The notes: generated by a model not told the origin, from the letters alone. DNA of 32,000 nucleotides from Flavobacteriaceae bacterium (GCA_965224465.1 OZ245049.1:2130001-2162000); one strand, 5' to 3'; counted from the stretch's first letter, positions 17,731 to 26,001 are shown. Numbers and translations are program-made.

Positions 17731-17910
17731 CCAATAAGGAGAAGGAAAATGCATCTGTATCCAGATCATGTAAAAAATCACAACATTATTGCTGTGGTTT
17801 TATTGTTTCACAAAAGCCTGCTTAACCATTACACTTAATGGCTGTGCGGCTTAACGTTGACGACACACAATAAAATCGTGCGTTAGCGATGGCGGTTATT
17901 CGTGCTACGA
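17731..17910. repeat. repeat R, copy 2
   Basis: See copy 1. Includes a hairpin at about 17773-17801 which, read on the - strand, is followed by a U run (terminator-like). Confidence 0.8.
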
Positions 17911-17990
17911 GACTGTAAACTAAACTCTGTCTGAATAAAAAAAAATATTAACTTTATTCAAACAGAAAACATGACCCAAGACAGGTAGCG
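17911..17990 (+). mobile_element. remnant of the 5' end of a diverged IS256-family element
   Basis: GACTGTAAACTAAACTCTGTCTGAATAAAAAAAAATATTAACTTTATTCAAACAGAAAACATGAC matches the reverse complement of 7422-7484 with a few mismatches. It breaks off after a few transposase codons. Confidence 0.7.
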
Positions 17991-18116
17991 ATCCATTTAG
18001 GTCTTTGTCGACAGCCTCTTAATTGGCATAACTTCGCACCCCCATAGGAACAGTTTTTAAGGCAGTATAGTCAACAAGACGTTCATGCTGTGCACTCTGT
18101 ATACCGCAACAAAACC

Positions 18117-18578
18117 TTATTTTTCGTTTAAAGTAATTGTATCTTTAATGTTTTCAGGGTAGGTTAAATACCAAATATTAGGGTTACTTTCGGATCTTAA
18201 ATAACTTAAAGTCTCCCAATAGTCTTCTTCGCATCTTTCAATTATACTTTCAACATTTTTGAGATGTTTATAGTTCGCAAAATATCCTCTTGTGCAAGAG
18301 TTGTTTTCGAAAAACACAAAACCTAGTTCATTCACAGTAGTATTTGCAACAAGTATTTCTTTTATTCTTTTTCTTGCAAAAAATAAAAGAATAGAATCAT
18401 TATCTGTAGAGCTATAAGATAAACTATTTATTAAATAGGTCTCATAGATTGCTCCATTAGTTTGTTTTTCAGATAATATCTTTTTAGCATTAAAACTGTT
18501 ATCACAACTTATTAGAATAGTCATTAAGAAAAAAAAGCCTATTCTAATAATTATATTTTTATATTTTGTTTCTCTCAT
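18117..18578 (-). CDS. lipoprotein immunity candidate for the frameshifted DUF3289-like effector
   Basis: 153 aa. Signal peptide plus lipobox (MTILISC). The start overlaps the effector 3' end by 20 nt. Confidence 0.6.
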   Translation of the reverse strand: MRETKYKNIIIRIGFFFLMTILISCDNSFNAKKILSEKQTNGAIYETYLINSLSYSSTDNDSILLFFARKRIKEILVANTTVNELGFVFFENNSCTRGYFANYKHLKNVESIIERCEEDYWETLSYLRSESNPNIWYLTYPENIKDTITLNEK

Positions 18579-19952
18579 ATTTACCTTTATTTAGATTACC
18601 AGTAAATTTTTTTGTAAATTTTATATGAGTAATAAATGGTTTATAGCCTCTTAAATGTTGTAGTGTAAACCATGAAGAAAAAATGACTCTAGCACCTTTA
18701 AATAAGTTAAAGTATTTTTCTAAATCAGATTTATCTAATCCAAAGTGATCCCATAAAGTTACATCATACTTTATGTTGTATATATTATTTTCTAATTTAT
18801 ATTCTGTAACCTCAACTTTAGTAGCCCAAATATCATTTAATGCAATCCTTTGTCCTGCCAGTAAGTCTTCAAAAGAATCAAATTGTGGACGCATAAAGAA
18901 AATTTCTTTTCTTGTTGTTTTACTTATCTGAGTAGTTGTTTTTCCTTTTTTCCTACGATTTTTCAAATTGCTTGTTCCCATAAAGTCAATTTCATTTTCA
19001 ATTAGTCCTGACAGTTTCCCTTTGCTGTTTTTTAGTTTTTCAGCAATATAATCTTCTACTTCTTTGCAATAAGTAAGAGTAGATTGATGGTTTTTAATTG
19101 CATTTGTAAGTATATTAGATCGATAAACTCCTCCCTTATTTCTTTTAAATTTGGAAATCATATCTTTTATGTTAATTTCTAATTTCCCTTCAGCCATTAA
19201 GAGTACAACACCTTTTTCAAATTTTACGAAAAGCTCATTATCTGTGTAATTTTCGTTAAGATGTTTTATCTCTTCTCCAGCAGTATCTACAATAAGTTCT
19301 CAACTTTTAAGTACCATGGTACATTTTTGTAATCTATTTTATATATCTCTTCTTTACTATATAATGTTTTATCATATTTATCATCTTTATTGCTTAATGT
19401 AGAAGTAAAAAAAGTATTTGAAATATAATCTTTTTTTAGTTTATTTATAAAGTTATCAGGGTAAACTCTTCTAACTATATTTTCACCCTTTCCATATGTT
19501 AGGTCCTCTGCTATATCTGTTCCCTCATTATTTAATCCAGGCATCCTGAACATATCTATACAAATTGGTAAATTAAGTATATTTACTTCTACAAAAACAT
19601 CCTTATGAGGTAGGTTCCCTGCATAAGCGTATATCTTAAATTTTTCTTTCGGTTTCTCCGTTTTTATCTTAACTTTTAATGTATCACCGTCTAGTTCTCC
19701 TCCCGAAAAAAGCTTATACGATTTACAATGGTCATCTTTATCATAGGAGATAGCCCAGTTAATTTTTTTGGGATTGACATTATTATTTCTTAAAGTAGCA
19801 ACATAAATGTACTCTTTTTCTTTTTCTATATATTCTAACTTATTGTTAACTGTGTCAAAAGGCCCTTCTACTTTAACAACTACTCTTACAACCTTAGGCA
19901 GTTTAATCGTAGTTTTAGTATTTGGATACCCTTTTATTATTACTGTTGCCAT
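18559..19952 (-). pseudogene. DUF3289-like effector paralog split by a frameshift (track ORFs 19287..19952 and 18559..19197)
   Basis: The upstream ORF ends at TAG 19287-19289. The downstream frame is already open from 19299, 34 codons before its ATG. One indel within 19290-19299 would fuse them into a ~460-aa protein built like the 426-aa paralog. Confidence 0.7.
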
Positions 19953-19954
19953 AA

Positions 19955-20230
19955 TTAATTTTCTTGTAAAATTGCTTTTAATGGGATGGATTCAATATCG
20001 TTAGTGATTTGAACTTCTAACGTATCGTTTTCTAGTTTTATTCCATTATGTTCATAATCTAATTTCTGATCATCTAAGTTAAACTTAAACGTTTTCCCCA
20101 CAGCGTTGCTACTTTCTATTACGAGCATAATTTCTTCATCAACATCAATATCATTTTTTTCAAGTTCATTCCCCTCTAAATCTTCTATATGATATTTATT
20201 GATCTCTGGTTCATCATTTAAAACTGTTGG
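19955..20230 (-). pseudogene. orphan extension-2 fragment (no hcp core, no start codon), second copy
   Basis: Same breakpoint as 12723..12998: an in-frame TGA at 20231-20233 immediately precedes CCA ACA GTT. Confidence 0.75.
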
Positions 20231-20322
20231 TCATAATTACTCAGCTTTCAGTGCAACAAGACGATAAAATTAGTCGAAGCCCACGAACCTACGTAATTTC
20301 AATCGCTAGGTATTAGGCAACG
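20231..20322. repeat. inter-cassette element S, copy 2
   Basis: By eye identical to 12999..13090. Confidence 0.6.
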
Positions 20323-21087
20323 TTATAATATTCCTAATTTTTTTTTAAATTCTTCTGTTATGTAGTGTTCTAGTTCATCGAAAGTAAAGAATACTTCATA
20401 TAATGAAAAATCATTATCAGAGTCTCTTAAATTTTCCACTAACCCATTCGTGAATTTTATTCCTAATACTTTTTTTTGATTTTTAGTGATAATCCATGGC
20501 ACTGGAATTTCACTAATAGTAAACTCATCAGGGTATTCTTTATTTATTCTTTTTTGAATTGTATTTACAAGTTTATTATCTGTATTATTAAAGAAATCTT
20601 TAATTGTTATCAATTCTGAATTATCAATATTAAAATTATATATGTAAGAATATCCTGTTAGATATGCTGTATATGTTTCGATGTCTAATTGAATACTAAC
20701 AATATGCTTATTAAGGAAATGAATTGCATAATTACTATTATTAAATGAATAGCAATTATTTGAACAACATTTAGTATTCAAATAATTAGTAAAATTATTA
20801 ATGGTCTTTTTTAAACTAATTGAATCAATTATGTTTGCTTTATTAATAAAGACAAACTCTTCAACTTCCTTTTTTATAATATAATTAAGAATATCAGATG
20901 ATTTTTTTGAATCAAAATTAAAAAACGGAAGATTATAATTACTGAGGATTTCTCCATCACATACTATTGTATCTTTTATAGAACTAACTACAATTTTTGT
21001 TTTATTAGTAGTATTAATTTGACTTTTACAAGAAGTGGTCAATAATACTACTAGCAGAAAAATAATATAATTATTTATCTTTTTCAT
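20323..21087 (-). CDS. lipoprotein immunity protein for the GH19-like effector (intact copy); possibly RsiV/DUF3298-like
   Basis: 254 aa. Signal peptide plus lipobox (LLTTSC). Sits 6 nt downstream of the effector. The central ETYTAYLTGYSYIYNFNIDNSELITIKDFF resembles the DUF3298 core; this is a low-certainty, by-eye call. Confidence 0.7.
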   Translation of the reverse strand: MKKINNYIIFLLVVLLTTSCKSQINTTNKTKIVVSSIKDTIVCDGEILSNYNLPFFNFDSKKSSDILNYIIKKEVEEFVFINKANIIDSISLKKTINNFTNYLNTKCCSNNCYSFNNSNYAIHFLNKHIVSIQLDIETYTAYLTGYSYIYNFNIDNSELITIKDFFNNTDNKLVNTIQKRINKEYPDEFTISEIPVPWIITKNQKKVLGIKFTNGLVENLRDSDNDFSLYEVFFTFDELEHYITEEFKKKLGIL

Positions 21088-21093
21088 CTTCGT

Positions 21094-22368
21094 TTATTTT
21101 AGTTGTATTGGTTTTAATTTTAAATCTGAAGTAATTTCAAAAGGGATAACATTAATACCTTTGACGGTTGTTTTAATAGGATTTTGTTTGCGTAATTCTT
21201 TTAATAGGATTTCTGCTTTTGGGTCTTTTAAATTTACAGTTACTGTTTTTCCTTTCACTTTAGTTTTAACCAATATATCTTTTGAAATAGCTAACAAGAT
21301 ATTTTCAATTTCATCTTTTTGCTCTTTTGTTCCAGTCTTATGAATCTCTTTGTAATGTTTGTAAACTTTAAAAGCTTCATCGTCTTTTGCTTTTAATGTA
21401 TAATCTTTTCTTTCTTCTATACCATTGGTTCCTCCATTAATTCTTTTGGACACTTTTTTTATACTATCTTTATTGGAATATTCATAAACCTTTCCATTGC
21501 CAATCATCCAATACCAAAGTGCAGATTGAGTAGCATAGATTGGATTTGTTTTGTCTTCTATTTTTTTTGAGTTTATAGCTTTAGTGAAATCTAAATTTAC
21601 TGAAGCATCATTAGAAAAAGGATGTTTTTTTCTGTAATCAGAAAAAATAGTGTAATTATTCTTTCCTGTTAATTGAATGATACCTCTACCTAGAAAATTG
21701 TAACCATCATCACCTCCATTATGTCCCAAGTCTTTTCTGTTTGAATATTTCCTATTGGCTATTTCTTTTTCATTGTGAGAATGAGATAATACTTGAACAT
21801 AAATAGTTTTCTCTTCGTTAAGGTAAATTTTTTCTTGATATTTCTTTTTTTTAGTATAACCATAAATATATGCTGGATTTAGCTTATCACAATTAGCATA
21901 TTTATCTTTTTTATCTTTATCCTTTTTTTTATCAGCTTCTTTTCTGTTATCTATAATTTTGAATTTATCTTTATATGTCTTAATATTAGCGTCAGTAAGT
22001 TTTATTAGTTCGCTCTCTGTATAGTATTTCTTAAGACTAGATGGCTTATAAGCCATATCTTCTTTTAGAGTATAAAACTTTTTACTTTCAACTAAACATT
22101 GAGAAATAAAATGAGCTTTACGTAAGCAAGTATCTAGTTTATAAATTTTTCTGTATTCATTGAGGTACTTTATGATTTTTTTCGCTAAAGTTTCGTTTAC
22201 ATTAGGTTCAATGTGTTTTATTTGCTCTATTGTTATTTCTTCTTTGCAGTAAGGGCAAGGTTCTGTTTTTTTTATGGTAAGAGGTGTTTCTTTGTACGGA
22301 AGTAACTCACCGTTGTAATATACCCTTGGTATATAAGTTATTGTTTTAAGCTTTTTCTTTTCAGCCAT
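21094..22368 (-). CDS. GH19/COG3179-type peptidoglycan hydrolase effector, copy 2
   Basis: 424 aa. Four aa differences from copy 1 (I60T, D71E, T75I, A274T). Confidence 0.75.
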   Translation of the reverse strand: MAEKKKLKTITYIPRVYYNGELLPYKETPLTIKKTEPCPYCKEEITIEQIKHIEPNVNETLAKKIIKYLNEYRKIYKLDTCLRKAHFISQCLVESKKFYTLKEDMAYKPSSLKKYYTESELIKLTDANIKTYKDKFKIIDNRKEADKKKDKDKKDKYANCDKLNPAYIYGYTKKKKYQEKIYLNEEKTIYVQVLSHSHNEKEIANRKYSNRKDLGHNGGDDGYNFLGRGIIQLTGKNNYTIFSDYRKKHPFSNDASVNLDFTKAINSKKIEDKTNPIYATQSALWYWMIGNGKVYEYSNKDSIKKVSKRINGGTNGIEERKDYTLKAKDDEAFKVYKHYKEIHKTGTKEQKDEIENILLAISKDILVKTKVKGKTVTVNLKDPKAEILLKELRKQNPIKTTVKGINVIPFEITSDLKLKPIQLK

Positions 22369-22372
22369 GATT

Positions 22373-23041
22373 TTATTGTTTTAAAATTACTTCTCCATTT
22401 TCGTTAACGATTCCTTTAAGTTCTATATTGTTTGTAGGATCATCATCTGCATCTTCTAATATTATTTTTAGTTCTTCACCTTCTTCTATATCTTTTACTT
22501 TTAAAAACAGTTGAGAATTAGAACTAATTTCAGCTTCTTTTATAGAGTTACCTTCTTCATCTTTCCATTCTGTTTTTAGGATTTTAGGATTTTTTTCAAT
22601 TTCTTGCTCTCTCTCTAATACTGTTGGCTCAACAGTATCTTCCTTAAAAGTTTCTCTCCAAGAGGCAGAATACACACCAAACGAGTTAGAATCTTCTACA
22701 CCAGCACAGGTAATTTCTAAAGTTTCCGTCATTGGATCTGAGCCTGTAGAAGAAAAATTGGTTTTCCAATTTACAAGATGACAGTCATAGAAAAATATTT
22801 TTCTTGTTTTCCCTCCCAGAATAACGGAATTAATATGTAATATTAGCTGTTTTGTTTGCCTGCAGGAAAAAGACCATTCCGTAAGGTTTATGTCTTTTCT
22901 AGTTTCTATAATTAATTTAAACCCCAGAAATACGGGGATTTGTGAAGGTCTGCCATTAGGATTTGCTCCTTGATTAAATCTGATCGTAAACAATAGTACG
23001 TTTACTTCTTTTCCATCTATTATTAATGTTGCTTTTACCAT
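22373..23041 (-). CDS. tssD: TssD (Hcp) with C-terminal extension type 1, copy 2
   Basis: 222 aa. Six aa differences from copy 1, all within the first 75 residues. Confidence 0.75.
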   Translation of the reverse strand: MVKATLIIDGKEVNVLLFTIRFNQGANPNGRPSQIPVFLGFKLIIETRKDINLTEWSFSCRQTKQLILHINSVILGGKTRKIFFYDCHLVNWKTNFSSTGSDPMTETLEITCAGVEDSNSFGVYSASWRETFKEDTVEPTVLEREQEIEKNPKILKTEWKDEEGNSIKEAEISSNSQLFLKVKDIEEGEELKIILEDADDDPTNNIELKGIVNENGEVILKQ

Positions 23042-23102
23042 CGTTATTTTTTTCGTTTTAGGAAGGTGTTTTTAATGTTGCCAATATCCACGTCCAACAT
23101 TG

Positions 23103-23110
23103 CAAAGCTA
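23103..23110 (-). promoter_or_regulatory. candidate -7 promoter box TAGCTTTG upstream of hcp copy 2
   Basis: TAnnTTTG on the - strand, about 55 nt upstream of the ATG at 23041. Confidence 0.45.
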
Positions 23111-23608
23111 CCATCATTGAGTATCCATTTAACCTACAATGCAGCATTACGTTTATTATCCAGACACATATATCTAGTAAGCAACTATCAAAATTACATA
23201 AAATAGTTATATACAATAATTATTCTTTGATTGTATTTTCCTGTTTTTTTTGATACCTAAAAACCGTTACCTCAATATGGGAAATGCTTCAAAAAAGATA
23301 AAATTTAGAACTAGACACTTGTTTTTAGCTCTTTTTAACAGATAAAATTACAAATCGTTTACTCACAATGCTGAATTCTCTACACCTATTATTGAAAAGA
23401 AAGGAAACAATTTATATGAGCCATGTTGCTTTTTAGACAACAATTTAGTTAAACTTGATCTTTTAAAGCAGTAGTAATTGAACCGTGGCAACCACAATAA
23501 AACCCAACTAAAATTAGAAATACACACTGTTTTTTACAAAACAAATGAAATTATTTTATTTTTATAAATGCCCCGAAAACGATTGAACAATGCAGATTAC
23601 TGATGCTG

Positions 23609-23644
23609 TCAGCCTTTCATATCAAATGAAAGGCTGTTTGTTTT
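23609..23644 (+). terminator. relict copy of the CAP-gene terminator (no + strand gene upstream)
   Basis: Same hairpin as 3489..3525, with the same flanks. It shows the uninterrupted target of the IS66 insertion. Confidence 0.5.
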
Positions 23645-23876
23645 AATACGGTTGCCTATTCATCACGCCTCATCTAAACAACGCCTTCACCTCTTTATAA
23701 TAGAACAACTTCCTTTAACACCAAATACATTTCTAGAACAAACTATTTATATCGGTTATTTTGGATTGTAATTAGCTTTATTGGCATCAGAAATCATATT
23801 CACATTCTTATCATAAGAAATATTGTTCCCTGTATTTGTACTGTCTTTAAAACCGTAGGTTTTGCCTTTTCTTTTT

Positions 23877-24062
23877 AAAAATGATACAGGAAAATGTATG
23901 TGTAGCCAGAGCATGTAAAAAACCATAACATTATTGCTGTATTTTTTTTGTTTTATAAAAGCCTGCTTAACCATTACGCTTAATGACTGTATGGCTTAAC
24001 GCTGACGACACACGATAAAATCGTGCGTTAGCGATGGCGGTTATTCGTGCGACAGCGAGGGC
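23877..24062. repeat. repeat R, copy 3 (hairpin degenerate)
   Basis: See copy 1. Followed at 24095-24175 by an S-like sequence. Confidence 0.8.
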
Positions 24063-24237
24063 ACAAGAATATATCTCAACAACTACCGCTTATAACCACC
24101 CTAGTTTCAGTACAACAAAGCTATAGAATAGTACCTCCCCCACGTACCTACGTGATTTTAAGCGCAAGTATTTAAATCATTTTTCATTTTATTTATCGTT
24201 TAAACATTTTCAAAATAACATATAGTGACCAATATAT

Positions 24238-25326
24238 CTAGTGAATATAAGAAAATTTAATAATTGTTTTCCCTTGAGAGTCTACTACTGCTGTTAACTG
24301 TTTATATTTATTATAAATATAAAAATGCTCTTTAATTACTTCGGGTGTTGGGTTTACAAATAAATCCGTTTCTTTTACTCCAATAAAATTTTCATCTTTA
24401 AAGATATAATCTGTTGAAATAATTTTATTAGGATATTCTTTGTTAACAGTTACATCTACTGTGTTTTTAATTTGTATCATTGTAAACGTTTCTTCGGTCC
24501 TAAATCGGGAGTATTTCTCATTAACACAACGCTTCTTATCATCATACATATATTCTATCACTTCTTTAGAAACACCCTCTTCGCGTTGCGTATATATTTT
24601 CTTAGTCCGTAACAAATTATCATAAAAATCATAAAATGATATAATTTGTAAACCATCTTTATTACACTGATTTACATTAAAAAGTTGCCCTTTGGCATCG
24701 AAAACATATTCTCTAGTAAAATTATATAGTTCATTAATTCCTGTATGTTTAGATCTTTTTAAATTGTCCTGCTCATATATATATTCAACCGATTTATATG
24801 GTTCGTTTTCAAAACCTGAATAAATTTTCCGTTTTAAAATTCTTCCTAGATCATCAAATTCTCTTTTTTCATTTGCGATTTCTGTAATTTGTCCGGTTCC
24901 ATTGAACTTTAATGCGCTTGGATACCCTAAATTATTTTTAGGAATTGTTTCTACAACTTCATTTGCTGTTGCACTTGTTCCAAATTCTTCTCCATTATTA
25001 ATAATTGTTCCTGCAGGGATTATTAGAAGATCTCGGTAACAATAATAACCGTTTTTCAAATTAAACATATAATCTCTGCCAGTGTTAATTGGCGCTAATT
25101 CTCCTGTTATATTGTACTTTTTTTCTATTCTTGTATCTAAATTCAATTCATTTTTCAATGTCCCTTTATAATTGTAAAATTTAACTTTATTTCCTTCTTT
25201 TTTATAGGCTAACTGTTTGTTGTTATAATATGCACTGTCTTTCATTTTTTGAGTAGCACTATCTTTAAGCCTTGTATTACAATTACTTAATTGAAGTGTA
25301 ATTAATATTAGAATTAGATTCCTCAT
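24238..25326 (-). CDS. large lipoprotein with repeated Y/G-rich beta-hairpin-like motifs (orphan immunity candidate)
   Basis: 362 aa. Signal peptide plus lipobox (LQLSNC). Preceded by a toxin-tail remnant and a copy of the hcp promoter region. Confidence 0.6.
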   Translation of the reverse strand: MRNLILILITLQLSNCNTRLKDSATQKMKDSAYYNNKQLAYKKEGNKVKFYNYKGTLKNELNLDTRIEKKYNITGELAPINTGRDYMFNLKNGYYCYRDLLIIPAGTIINNGEEFGTSATANEVVETIPKNNLGYPSALKFNGTGQITEIANEKREFDDLGRILKRKIYSGFENEPYKSVEYIYEQDNLKRSKHTGINELYNFTREYVFDAKGQLFNVNQCNKDGLQIISFYDFYDNLLRTKKIYTQREEGVSKEVIEYMYDDKKRCVNEKYSRFRTEETFTMIQIKNTVDVTVNKEYPNKIISTDYIFKDENFIGVKETDLFVNPTPEVIKEHFYIYNKYKQLTAVVDSQGKTIIKFSYIH

Positions 25327-25329
25327 GGA

Positions 25330-25395
25330 TTAGACATTCTTTTTTATTAAGTGAAGGGCTTTCTTTATTATATCCCATTGCCATTTAAAAAACGT
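25330..25395 (-). pseudogene. remnant of a metallopeptidase-toxin 3' end (TFFKWQWDIIKKALHLIKKNV*)
   Basis: Shares FFKWQW with the C-terminus of ORF 27131..27601. The stop is 3 nt before the ATG of the 362-aa lipoprotein. Confidence 0.6.
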
Positions 25396-25426
25396 TGCTT
25401 ATTGCTAATACCCCTATCCAACATTG

Positions 25427-25434
25427 CAAAGCTA
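25427..25434 (-). promoter_or_regulatory. third copy of the hcp -7 box TAGCTTTG, now upstream of an orphan immunity gene
   Basis: 25396-25745 is homologous to 17233-17615 and 23042-23415. Homology to the hcp 5' UTR stops about 30 nt downstream of the box. Confidence 0.45.
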
Positions 25435-25706
25435 TCATCATTGAGTATCCATTTAGCCTACAATACAGCATTACGTTTATTATTATTCAAATATACATAT
25501 ATCTACTAAGCAACTATCAAAGCTACATAAAATAGTTATATACAATAATTATTCTTTGATTGTATTTTCCTGTTTTTTTTGATACCTAAAAACAGTTACC
25601 TCAATTATGAGGCAATGCTTCAAAAAAGATAAAATTTAGAACTAGACACTTATTTTTAGCTGTTTTTAACAGATAAAATTACAAATCGTTTACTCACAAC
25701 GCTGAA

Positions 25707-25913
25707 TTATCTACACCGATTTATTGAAAAGGCAGGAAACAATTTGTACAGCTCATCATAATCTAAGTCTATACGTTTATCTAGTGGATATTCGCATGCC
25801 CGAATTAACTTCATGTAATGGTTTACCGTATTTAGAGAAACACCTACCCCACTCCCGATAGAACAGTTGCTTTCTCCATTTCTATGTAATGTAATATTTT
25901 GTTTTAAATCCAT
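25707..25913 (-). pseudogene. fragment encoding an IstA-like N-terminal helix-turn-helix, inside a ~180-bp insertion
   Basis: 68-aa ORF. GESNCSIGSGVGVSLNTVNHYMKLI resembles the HTH at the N-terminus of IS21 IstA. The block at about 25747-25925 is absent from the paralogous regions at about 17620 and about 23415. Confidence 0.3.
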
Positions 25914-26001
25914 CGAACCAAGTATATGAGCCCTGTTACTCTTTAGACAACAATTTAGTTAAACTTGATCTGTTAAAGTGGTACTAATTGAAACGTGGTA
26001 G

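Noticed and set aside
17821-17870. Integron attC-like cores inside repeat R (GCTTAAC fits RYYYAAC, twice)
   Set aside because: Both copies are in the same orientation with no inverse GTTRRRY partner at the other end. No bulged R''-L''/L'-R' palindrome could be drawn, and no integrase gene is in the window. The copies are too similar in primary sequence for attC sites. Recorded only as a vague analogy.
23042-23470. Possibility that the long conserved hcp upstream regions (about 430-500 nt) encode a small protein or riboswitch
   Set aside because: No frame is open and conserved between the three copies. I could not identify a convincing conserved secondary structure by eye. Left as promoter/5' UTR sequence only.
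23756-23974. 72-aa ORF on the - strand
   Set aside because: It starts inside repeat R3 and runs through sequence that looks like a frameshifted, decayed metallopeptidase-toxin remnant (..GKTYGFKD...NYNPK*). Paralogous remnants at 5690-5800 and 2376-2400 are broken differently. Not a credible gene.
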